Shown in pieces: positions 18,578 through 26,608 of a stretch of DNA of 64,000 nucleotides. How positions within the stretch are numbered: the first letter of the stretch is position 1; the number at the start of each line of letters is the position of its first letter. Origin of the DNA: Kiritimatiellia bacterium (GTDB taxonomy: Bacteria; Verrucomicrobiota; Kiritimatiellia; RFP12; UBA1067); assembly GCA_045617985.1 (NCBI GenBank), contig JAZLJP010000118.1:25087-89086 (forward strand). Reading direction: 5' to 3'. The position numbers and the translations under genes were made by a program. The notes beneath the pieces were generated by a model that saw only the letters and a program-made list of their open reading frames with translations, was not told the origin of the DNA and did no database searches.

Positions 18578-19112
18578 CTTCTCTCTCCTTTCTTGCCTTG
18601 CCAATCGATGCCGCAAGCAGTTTTCGCGCCGTAAAGAGCCGTGACTTCACCGTTCCAGCGGGCACCGCCAGCGTTGCGGCAATGCCCTCAACGGACATCT
18701 CGCGATAGTATTTCATCACCACCACATCTCTGATGCCGGGCGGCAGCGCGAAAACCGCCTGACGAAGGACTTCGTCCGAAACGCGGCGCACGTCGTCAGG
18801 GGCGATCTCCACCTCCATCGTCGGCAGATCCTCGGGCGTACCCACATAGACGATGTCCAAATGCTTCCGCCGCAGTTCCATCCGCCAGAAATTGAGGAGA
18901 ATGGTATAGAGCCAGCCAAAGAAATCCCCCGAGGGCCGGTAGAGCGCAATTTTCTCGATGGCGTGCGCAAAAGTGCGAAAAACGAGGTCTTCCGCCCCAT
19001 GATCGTTATGGCAAAGCAAAAAGGCGGCAGCAAACAGCCGGTCGCCGAACTCGGCCACCAGCTGCTTCGCCCCATTTTCCTTGTTTGATCGAATCGTCTG
19101 CCAAACGTCCAT
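18567..19112 (-). CDS. RNA polymerase ECF (sigma-70 family group 4) sigma factor
   Basis: 181 aa. Region-2-like FRTFAHAIEKIALYRPSGDFFGWLYTILLNFWRMELRRK and region-4 HTH (EMSVEGIAATLAVPAGTVKSRLFTARKLL). Confidence 0.85.
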   Translation of the reverse strand: MDVWQTIRSNKENGAKQLVAEFGDRLFAAAFLLCHNDHGAEDLVFRTFAHAIEKIALYRPSGDFFGWLYTILLNFWRMELRRKHLDIVYVGTPEDLPTMEVEIAPDDVRRVSDEVLRQAVFALPPGIRDVVVMKYYREMSVEGIAATLAVPAGTVKSRLFTARKLLAASIGKARKEREDDR

Positions 19113-19186
19113 AACCGTGCGCTTGCAAATTGCCTCCGTAACAGTTAATGCCGAAAGTTCGCCAATGGTTCAAAAAAAATTAAACC

Positions 19187-19215
19187 TTGCTTCTTTATTT
19201 GGTCTATGTTATAAT
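19187..19215 (+). promoter_or_regulatory. sigma-70-like promoter for the histidine kinase gene (TTGCTT-17nt-TATAAT)
   Basis: -35 TTGCTT at 19187-19192 and -10 TATAAT at 19210-19215 with a 17-nt spacer. ATG is 27 nt downstream at 19243. Confidence 0.45.
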
Positions 19216-19242
19216 TGTGCCAATTCGTTTCAATGAGACTAA

Positions 19243-20394
19243 ATGGCGCACATGAAGAAGTTTTTCAAGAAAGTCGCGGACCGCATCGACAAGCTCGATG
19301 CGGCTGATCGCCGCCACCAATTCGAAGCCCTCGCCAATGAGATCGGCTTTCTTGAGTCGGTCTTCAATGCGCTTTCCGAGGGCGTGCTCGTCATCAGTGC
19401 CGAGGGAACGTTGCTTTATTCCAACAGCCGAGCCGAACAGCTCGTTGCGTGCCCTTTTTCGCAAGGGCGCGGCAAGCCGATTGCGTCCCTGTTGCCGGAC
19501 TGGGACTGGCCCCATCTCCTCAACCCCTCTTCCGAAGGCGACGGCTGGTCGCGCAAGGCCTCCTGCGAAATCGCGCTCGCCTATCCCGAGCCGCGCATTC
19601 TCGAGCTCGGTTCGCTCCCGACGGACAATTCGGTTGTCGTCATCATCCGCGATGTCACGCGCGAACACGCGCAGGCGGAGGACGCGCGCGAGAGCGAGCG
19701 GACGAGCGCCATCCAGGATCTCGCCTCCGGCCTCGCCCACGAAATCGGCAACCCCCTCAACGCCCTCTCCCTCACCCTTCAACTGATGGGGCGCGAGTTC
19801 CGCCGCGAGAGCGAGGGCGAGCGCCGCACGCGGCTCTTGAACGACATCGCCACCGCGCAAAACGAAATCAAGCGCATCATCGACATCAACCGCGGTTTTC
19901 TGGAGGCGATGCGCCCCGTGCGGCCGAACCTTGTGCCGGGGTCGCTTGCCGATCCCCTGCGCGACACGCTCGCCACGCTCAAGAACCAGATCGAGGACCG
20001 CCGAATCCGCGTGACGCTCGACCTGCCGAACGCCCTTCCGCCCGTCGCGCTCGACCGTGCCCAGATGGAACAGGTGTTCTTCAACCTCGCGAAAAACGCC
20101 CTTGAGGCGATGAAGGACGGCGGAGCGCTCGCCATCGTCCTTGATGCCGACGACGAAACCGTGACCGTTTCCTTCCGCGACACGGGCGGCGGCATGGCCC
20201 CTTCGGCGCTCGCCGCCCTTTTCGAACCCTACCGCACGACGAAGCAGAAAGGAACGGGCCTCGGGCTCATGCTCTCGCGCCGGATCGTGCGGGCCCACGG
20301 CGGCGAAATCGACGTGGAATCGAAGGAAGGCGCCGGAACGAAATTCAGCGTGCGCATTCCGCGCCTCGAAAAGCGCGTGCGCCGCCTCACTTGA
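19243..20394 (+). CDS. PAS-domain sensor histidine kinase (NtrB-like, cytoplasmic)
   Basis: PAS-like N-terminus. H-box HEIGNPLNALSL. HATPase N/G boxes (NLAKNALEAM..., FRDTGGGM, GTGLGLMLS). Confidence 0.85.
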   Translation: MAHMKKFFKKVADRIDKLDAADRRHQFEALANEIGFLESVFNALSEGVLVISAEGTLLYSNSRAEQLVACPFSQGRGKPIASLLPDWDWPHLLNPSSEGDGWSRKASCEIALAYPEPRILELGSLPTDNSVVVIIRDVTREHAQAEDARESERTSAIQDLASGLAHEIGNPLNALSLTLQLMGREFRRESEGERRTRLLNDIATAQNEIKRIIDINRGFLEAMRPVRPNLVPGSLADPLRDTLATLKNQIEDRRIRVTLDLPNALPPVALDRAQMEQVFFNLAKNALEAMKDGGALAIVLDADDETVTVSFRDTGGGMAPSALAALFEPYRTTKQKGTGLGLMLSRRIVRAHGGEIDVESKEGAGTKFSVRIPRLEKRVRRLT

Positions 20395-20438
20395 CCCTTT
20401 CAAACATAAACCACGAACAGAAAGAAAACCTCCTGCCT

Positions 20439-21788
20439 ATGACGCATATCCTCATTGTCGATGACGAACGAGACACCCGCGAGCTCATGGCCCGCGCGCT
20501 TTCGATCGACTATCAGGTGACCACCGCCGCCGATGCCGAACAGGCCATGAAGGCGCTCGACGCCGATCCCTCGATCGCCCTCATGCTTTCCGACATCCGC
20601 ATGCCAGAGGTCGACGGCCTTCAGCTCTTGAAGGCCGCGAAGCAGAAATATCCGAAACTCATCTGCATCCTTCTCACGGCCTTCGGCACGATCGACCAGG
20701 CCGTCGCCGCCATGAAGGACGGCGCCGAAGACTTCATCACGAAACCCGTCGACCTCGACCAGCTCGAACTCCGCGTTCAAAAGGCGCTCAAGACAACCGC
20801 CCTCGAACATGAAGTTGCCGCGCTCCGGAGCCAGCTGGACGAAAAGTTCGGCATGGAAAACATGGTGGGCTCCTCGCCCGCGATGCAGACCGTCTTCACC
20901 CTCATCCGCCGCGTCGCGCCGGCCGCGAGTACGGTTCTCCTCCTCGGCCCCAACGGCACTGGCAAGGACCTCGTGGCCCATGCCATCCACAATCTTTCGG
21001 CCCGCGCGAAGGGTCCGTTCGTGGCCGTCAACTGCGGTGCCATTCCCGAGTCGCTCGTGGAAAGCGAACTCTTCGGCCACGAGCAGGGTGCCTTCACCGG
21101 CGCAACCGCGCAGCATATCGGATCTTTCGAAAACGCAGACCACGGCACGCTCTTCCTCGACGAAATCGGCGATCTGCCGCTCGCCATGCAGGTGAAGCTT
21201 CTGCGCGTTCTCGAAAACCGCACGCTCACGCGCGTAGGGGGCACCGAGGCGATCAACGTCGACATCCGCGTGATCGCCGCCACGAACCGCGATCTGGAAG
21301 CCCTCGTCGAACAGGGCAAGTTCCGCCAAGATCTCTTCTTCCGCCTGAACGTGGTGGATATCCGCCTCCCGGCGCTCAGGGATCGCGCGGGCGACATTCC
21401 CCTCCTCGTCGCGCGTTTCCTCAAGGAGCTCGCAAAGAAGAACAACGTGCCGGAGCCCACGATCACTCCGGCGGCCATGCGCCTTCTGGAAAACTACGCC
21501 TGGCCGGGGAATGTACGCGAGCTGCGCAACGTCATCGAGCGCATGACCATCTTCGCCGCGAACGGCACGATCGACGTCGAGGACGTGCCCGAGAAGCTCC
21601 GCACCTCCACTGCGGCCGCGCCGCTTTCCGCCACCGTGACGCTCGGCGAAAACGAGAAGGCGCAGATCCTCGCCGTCCTCAAGGAATGCCACGGGAACCG
21701 TTCCGAAGCCGCCCGCAAGCTCGGCATCTCCCGCCGCACCATTTACCGCAAACTCGATGAATACGAACAGGAAGGAATCCCCCTATGA
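20439..21788 (+). CDS. sigma-54-dependent response regulator (NtrC family transcriptional activator)
   Basis: I prefer the MTHILIVDDERDTRELMARAL start (the ORF-track TTG start at 20391 overlaps the kinase stop). Receiver domain, AAA+ domain with Walker A GPNGTGKD, GAFTGA motif (EQGAFTGA), ESELFGHE, and a C-terminal Fis-type HTH (AARKLGISRRTIYRKL). Confidence 0.9.
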   Translation: MTHILIVDDERDTRELMARALSIDYQVTTAADAEQAMKALDADPSIALMLSDIRMPEVDGLQLLKAAKQKYPKLICILLTAFGTIDQAVAAMKDGAEDFITKPVDLDQLELRVQKALKTTALEHEVAALRSQLDEKFGMENMVGSSPAMQTVFTLIRRVAPAASTVLLLGPNGTGKDLVAHAIHNLSARAKGPFVAVNCGAIPESLVESELFGHEQGAFTGATAQHIGSFENADHGTLFLDEIGDLPLAMQVKLLRVLENRTLTRVGGTEAINVDIRVIAATNRDLEALVEQGKFRQDLFFRLNVVDIRLPALRDRAGDIPLLVARFLKELAKKNNVPEPTITPAAMRLLENYAWPGNVRELRNVIERMTIFAANGTIDVEDVPEKLRTSTAAAPLSATVTLGENEKAQILAVLKECHGNRSEAARKLGISRRTIYRKLDEYEQEGIPL

Positions 21789-22399
21789 CCACCCTCAAAT
21801 CGCTCGCCGCCGTTTTCATTTTCGCCCTCGGCCTCGTAACGGCGGGGGCGGAGCCCGTGACGCAGTATTCGCTCTGCCCGGCTTGCCACGGGAAGCGTTC
21901 GCTCTCGCTCACGCCGCCGAACCTCGGCCAGTATGACGGCGAAATCGGCGTGATGCCGGGGCGCCCCTTCACCTCCCATCGCTTCGACGTGAAGTACAAG
22001 GTGTGCCCGCTCTGCGAAGGCCGCGGCCGCTTCGAAAGCTACCGCCTCACCGTGAAGGCCCCGGCGGAGCCCGGCAACCTTGCCCCGTGCCCCGACTGCC
22101 GTTGGGCCTGCGTGCAGGCGTGCCGCAAATGCAAAGGCGCCTGTTTCATCCCCTGCGAAAAATGCGGCCGCTCGAGCAGTTACGGCAACAAGGGCGGGAA
22201 GCCCGGTTGGATCGTGGAACAGAAAGCGACATCGAACGGCATGCGTTCGTCGATGAAACACGCGAAGACGCTCGTCACCCCCTGCGGCACCTGTTCCGGC
22301 ATCGGCCGCGTCGTGTGCCCGGAATGCCAAGGCAAGGGGGGGGCCATCTGCCGGCGCTGCAAAGGCGAAGGCGGCCTTCCGAAACGGGAGAAGCGGTAA
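21785..22399 (+). CDS. secreted cysteine-rich protein with six CxxCxGxG (DnaJ-type zinc-finger-like) motifs
   Basis: 204 aa with a signal peptide. CPACHGKR, CPLCEGRG, CEKCGRSS, CGTCSGIG, CPECQGKG, CRRCKGEG plus further CxxC pairs. Start overlaps the regulator stop (ATGA). Its stop overlaps the kinase start (TAATG). Confidence 0.7.
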   Translation: MTTLKSLAAVFIFALGLVTAGAEPVTQYSLCPACHGKRSLSLTPPNLGQYDGEIGVMPGRPFTSHRFDVKYKVCPLCEGRGRFESYRLTVKAPAEPGNLAPCPDCRWACVQACRKCKGACFIPCEKCGRSSSYGNKGGKPGWIVEQKATSNGMRSSMKHAKTLVTPCGTCSGIGRVVCPECQGKGGAICRRCKGEGGLPKREKR

Positions 22400-23475
22400 T
22401 GGGTACACCGCTTGACGAACAAGGTGCCGTGCCGCAACGGCGTTATCGCTTCGCGAAGCGCACGCATATCGTCCTAAGGCCCGTCTCCCCGGAGGCGGGA
22501 ACAGGCGGCGAACACGCAAAACCCGTCGCCCCGCAGGACGTACAGCAAACGCGCGTCATGAAGAAGATCGCGCCGCTTTCGCTCGACACGCCCCCCAACC
22601 TGCCCTTTCTCCGCTTCGACGCCATCGTCGGCCGCGGCGGCATGGCCGTGGTGTGGCGCGCCTGGCACAAGGAGCTCAAGCGGTTCGTGGCCGTGAAAGT
22701 ACTCGACGAACGCTTCACCGCCACAGGCCAGGACATTCGCCAGTTCATGGCAGAAGTGCGCACGATGACGGACCTCCACCACCAGGGCATCGTGCAGGGC
22801 TATGGCGCCGACTGCGTGGACGGCCGCTACTATCTGATCATGGACTACGTCGACGGCTACACCTTCGGCGCCTTGATGAATCGCAAGTCGCGCATTTCGG
22901 AATCGGACGCCGTCATCATCTGCGAATCGGTGGCCGATGCGATGAAATACGCCTGGGATCTTTTCAATACGGTCCACTGCGACCTCAAGCCGGAAAACAT
23001 CATGGTCGATCGCGACGGCACCGTGAAGGTGATGGATCTCGGCCTCTGCCAGTCCACCGCCGCCATCCGCACCACCGAATCGCCCGACGAAGTGATCGGC
23101 ACGCCCGCCTACATCAGCCCCGAACAGATCTACGGCGACCAGGAACTCGACTGCCGGGCCGACATCTATTGCCTCGGCGCGACGCTCTACCATCTCACGA
23201 CGGGCCGCATGCTCTTCCCGTTCGACAACAACAACGACATTCTGCGGGCCCATGTGAACCCCAAAATCCAGGCCCTCGATCCGCGCGTCAACTCGCCCGA
23301 CCTCTCGCTCGGGTTCGTGCGCCTCATCGCCGGCATGGTCGTGAAAGACCGCGAGTGGCGCTACCAGACGTGGGACGACGTGTACAGCGACGCCAAAGTC
23401 ATCGAAGACGGCGGCCTTCTCGCGCCCCTTCCGCCCGAGGCCTTCTCATCGATTCACATCGATGAAGAACTCTAG
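22399..23475 (+). CDS. serine/threonine protein kinase (Hanks-type, soluble)
   Basis: ORF 22003..23475 holds an upstream out-of-context extension. The kinase starts at MGTPLDEQ (22399). Gly-loop VGRGGMAVVW, VAVK, catalytic HCDLKPENIM, DLGL, APE-like GTPAYISPE. Confidence 0.85.
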   Translation: MGTPLDEQGAVPQRRYRFAKRTHIVLRPVSPEAGTGGEHAKPVAPQDVQQTRVMKKIAPLSLDTPPNLPFLRFDAIVGRGGMAVVWRAWHKELKRFVAVKVLDERFTATGQDIRQFMAEVRTMTDLHHQGIVQGYGADCVDGRYYLIMDYVDGYTFGALMNRKSRISESDAVIICESVADAMKYAWDLFNTVHCDLKPENIMVDRDGTVKVMDLGLCQSTAAIRTTESPDEVIGTPAYISPEQIYGDQELDCRADIYCLGATLYHLTTGRMLFPFDNNNDILRAHVNPKIQALDPRVNSPDLSLGFVRLIAGMVVKDREWRYQTWDDVYSDAKVIEDGGLLAPLPPEAFSSIHIDEEL

Positions 23476-23481
23476 CGCGCC

Positions 23482-24606
23482 TCACGTGCGCGCCGAGCGC
23501 AAGTTGAACTTGAAGAAGAGCGGGCGGTAGATGCCTTCCATCGTCGCAACGGGTGCAAACGCGCCCTTCGCGGCGTCGTAGGCGTAGCTCACCACGCGCC
23601 AGCTCTCCTTCAGGCCCACGAGGCAGAAGCGGCCGCCGGGCATGAATTCGAAGTCGCGCGGGAACTTGCCGTCAAGCGGCGCATTGTTGAGAAACGCCAT
23701 CTTGCCCGTTTCGGGGTCGAGATTGAACACCGTGATCGAATCCTGCCCGCGATTCGAACAGAAGAGCTGCCTACCGTCCTCGGAGATCTTGATGGCGGCC
23801 GCCTTGCTGAAATTCGTACGATCGGGCGAGAGCAGCTCCTTGATCTCGATGAAGGAGAAGCCTTCGCCCGTGTAGCGGAAGCTCGCGACCTTGTTGAGGA
23901 GTTCGAAGATGACGAACGCGAAGCGTCCGTTCGGATGGAAAACGATGTGGCGCGGGCCCGCCCCCGGCGCGATCCTGCGCGTATCGATCGACGCGGCGGG
24001 CACCTCCTTGAGGCCTTCCGCACGATGCACGAAATCGTAGGCGACGATCTTATCGAGCGACAGATCCACGACGAGCTGGTATTTGCCGTCGGGCGTGACG
24101 ATCGCGCAGTGCGCATGCGCGCGGTCCTGCCGCGGCTTGTTGGGGCCATCGCCCGCATGCTGCACCTGCGCAAGGGGATTGAGCTTCCCCGGCGCACCCG
24201 CACAACGCTCCTCCAAGGCGCCGCGCCACGACAGGTCGGCATAACCCGCCGTACCGCAGCTGTACTCGGCATAGACGAGCGTGCGTTCGTCCGGCGCGAG
24301 CGACACGTGGCACGCGCCCGTACGGCCCGTCGGGATCGTATTGATGAGCGAGAGCTTCTCGCCATCGCCGCCCACCTTGAACGCGGCAAGGCCGCCGTTC
24401 GCCCCGGCAGGACCGAAGGAGGGGCCATTCAGCGCCACATAGAGGCGGCTACAATCGCGCGTGAGCGCCATGTAGGTGGGATTCTGGAACGTATCGATCA
24501 CCCGCATCGTGTGGAAATCGCCCGTTTCATTGTTGCACGCGAAGATATGGATGCCGTCATTTCGCGATTCGCCCGTGTAGCTGCCGACATAAGCGGTGTA
24601 GATCAT
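23482..24606 (-). CDS. pgl: 6-phosphogluconolactonase (7-bladed beta-propeller lactonase, Pgl/YbhE family)
   Basis: 374 aa. MIYTAYVGSYT... N-terminus and repeated propeller blades are characteristic of the 3-carboxymuconate-cycloisomerase-type lactonase family. Confidence 0.7.
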   Translation of the reverse strand: MIYTAYVGSYTGESRNDGIHIFACNNETGDFHTMRVIDTFQNPTYMALTRDCSRLYVALNGPSFGPAGANGGLAAFKVGGDGEKLSLINTIPTGRTGACHVSLAPDERTLVYAEYSCGTAGYADLSWRGALEERCAGAPGKLNPLAQVQHAGDGPNKPRQDRAHAHCAIVTPDGKYQLVVDLSLDKIVAYDFVHRAEGLKEVPAASIDTRRIAPGAGPRHIVFHPNGRFAFVIFELLNKVASFRYTGEGFSFIEIKELLSPDRTNFSKAAAIKISEDGRQLFCSNRGQDSITVFNLDPETGKMAFLNNAPLDGKFPRDFEFMPGGRFCLVGLKESWRVVSYAYDAAKGAFAPVATMEGIYRPLFFKFNLRSART

Positions 24607-24631
24607 GGTCGTTCCTCCTTGAAATGAATGA

Positions 24632-26101
24632 CTAGGCCATCGCCCGGTATTCGGTGCGGATCACTTCGTCCGCCCGCGAGAGCACTTCGTTGAGCGTGCC
24701 CGTTTTCACGCGATGCCACAATTTGAGATCGTCGAGATCGGCCACCGTCACGCCGTGGCCGAAGTCGTCGTAGAACGGATCGATGTTGCGCGGCACGCCA
24801 AGGTCGATGAAAAGGACATTGCGATCCGTCACCGCTGCGGCCATGTCGCGCGTGACGACGGGCTTCGACGAATCGACGGCCGAAAGGACGATATCCGCCC
24901 CTGCAAGCGCACGCGGAATCGCCGTGAGCGGAATGAGCGCCGGCTCCACGGCCGCAGTGGCGAACATCGCATCGGCAAGGTTCGGCCGATGCACATGATA
25001 CGCCCAGGTGATTCGGCAGCCCACTTTCAAAAGCGCTTCAACAACGCCGCGGCCCACCATGCCCGTGCCGATCATGAGCACGTTCGTGCGCGCATCCACG
25101 TCGCCATGCACGCCTAGATAGCGCACCGCCACCTGGTCGATTTCCGCAACACGCAACAGCCCTTCCACCGCATGCCGCACGAGCTTCGAAACGCGCATCA
25201 CCTCGGCGCCCGTAAAGCGGATCGCGCCCGCGCTCCACTTGTTCGCTTCGGCCTCCTGAAGCGCGTCCTTCATCTGCGAGACGATGTGGAATTCGCCGAG
25301 GAGCGACGATTCAAGCCCGCTCGCAACCCGTGTGAGATGGCGGAACGCCTCGAAGCCGCGCAATTCGAATCGTTCGGCCGGTTCGAGATGGTCAAGCCCC
25401 GTGAGGCGCAGGAGAATGCCCGCCACGCGCGGGTCGCGCGCGGCGACCACCACGAGTTCCACGCGGTTACAGGTATTGAGAATGAAAAATTCGCGCACGC
25501 CCTTCACCTGCGTGAGGAGCTCGCCCAAAACGGCCCGTTCTTCCGCCGGCAGATGGTACTGCGCGCGTTTGCGGCTCGCGAGGAGCGCGTCGCTCGTTCC
25601 GATGACGAGCAGTTCCAAATCGCGGCGTGCACGGAGAAGCGCCACGATTTCGTTCTTCGCGTCGCGGGCCGAGGCGCAGCTCTGGCCGTTCGTCGAAACG
25701 GCCACCGTAAGGTCGCCGAGGCGGGCCGTGGCGGGCGTCGTAAAGTCGCCGTCGCTCCAGTTCATGTCCGCACAACAGCACGGCACGCGCGCGAGGCGCG
25801 CTTCGTCGAGAATGGCGCGGTTGACGTGTTTATCGTCCGTGCAGGCGAAGGCGACGAGATGCCCCGCCACGTCGCCCGGCGCGAACGCCCGTTGCGTCCA
25901 GGCGATCCGCCCCGCCTCGGCGAGTTCCTTCAAGCCCGCAACGGCCTCGGGGCAGATGAGCTCCACCGTGGCGCCGCACTCGAGGAGCCCGCGCGTTTTG
26001 CGCAGCCCCACCTGCCCGCCGCCCACCACGAGCGCCGCACGGCCGTCGACAATCAAATTGAGCGGGATCGTTTTCCGCTGGGGTCGTCCTTCTCTATACA
26101 T
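24632..26101 (-). CDS. hemA: fusion of siroheme-synthase-like NAD-binding (precorrin-2 dehydrogenase, Met8/CysG-N type) domain with glutamyl-tRNA reductase
   Basis: N-terminal Rossmann LIVDGRAALVVGGGQVGLRKTRGLLECGA. Then the GluTR catalytic domain (FILNTCNRVELVVV, ...HIVSQMK...) and its NADPH domain (VLMIGTGMVGRGVVEAL). Confidence 0.75.
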   Translation of the reverse strand: MYREGRPQRKTIPLNLIVDGRAALVVGGGQVGLRKTRGLLECGATVELICPEAVAGLKELAEAGRIAWTQRAFAPGDVAGHLVAFACTDDKHVNRAILDEARLARVPCCCADMNWSDGDFTTPATARLGDLTVAVSTNGQSCASARDAKNEIVALLRARRDLELLVIGTSDALLASRKRAQYHLPAEERAVLGELLTQVKGVREFFILNTCNRVELVVVAARDPRVAGILLRLTGLDHLEPAERFELRGFEAFRHLTRVASGLESSLLGEFHIVSQMKDALQEAEANKWSAGAIRFTGAEVMRVSKLVRHAVEGLLRVAEIDQVAVRYLGVHGDVDARTNVLMIGTGMVGRGVVEALLKVGCRITWAYHVHRPNLADAMFATAAVEPALIPLTAIPRALAGADIVLSAVDSSKPVVTRDMAAAVTDRNVLFIDLGVPRNIDPFYDDFGHGVTVADLDDLKLWHRVKTGTLNEVLSRADEVIRTEYRAMA

Positions 26102-26134
26102 CTCTTCGCCTTCTCATTTCCCCCCGAAGCCAAC

Positions 26135-26599
26135 CTAATCCCGCACGCCGTTCCACATGTTGAACCGCGCTGCGGCGAGCGCCCTGTACTTCGCGCCCGT
26201 GCCGCCGTTCACGAACGGATCGATCGCGATGCCGCCGCGGGATGCGAACTTGCCATACACTTCCATGTACTTCGGCTTGAGCAACTTCACGAGATCGTCG
26301 TAGATCACATTCACCACGTCTTCATGGAAGTCGCCATGATTGCGGAAGCCGAAGAGATAGAGTTTCAACGATTTCGATTCGACGAGCTTCTTCGAGGGGA
26401 TGTAGCGAATCGTGAGGGTGGCGAAATCGGGCTGGCCGGTTTTCGGGCAGAGCGTCGTGAATTCCGGCGCCGTGAACGTCACCCAGTAGTCGCGCTCGGA
26501 GTGGCGGTTGGCAAAGGCGTCCAGAAGGGACGGATCGTACCCCCCTTCCGGACGCACCGTGCGCCCGAGAGCCTTGAGTCCTTCGAGGTCGTCTCTCAT
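26135..26599 (-). CDS. queF: NADPH-dependent 7-cyano-7-deazaguanine (preQ0) reductase, unimodular type
   Basis: 154 aa. EFTTLCPKTGQPDFATL (catalytic Cys) and C-terminal YHEDVVN-like segment conserved in QueF. Confidence 0.85.
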   Translation of the reverse strand: MRDDLEGLKALGRTVRPEGGYDPSLLDAFANRHSERDYWVTFTAPEFTTLCPKTGQPDFATLTIRYIPSKKLVESKSLKLYLFGFRNHGDFHEDVVNVIYDDLVKLLKPKYMEVYGKFASRGGIAIDPFVNGGTGAKYRALAAARFNMWNGVRD

Positions 26600-26608
26600 C
26601 GCCCCACC

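Noticed and set aside
22003-22398. Upstream part of ORF 22003..23475 fused to the Ser/Thr kinase
   Set aside because: Out-of-frame overlap with the well-formed Cys-rich protein gene. The kinase has its own ATG at 22399 in a TAATG overlap.
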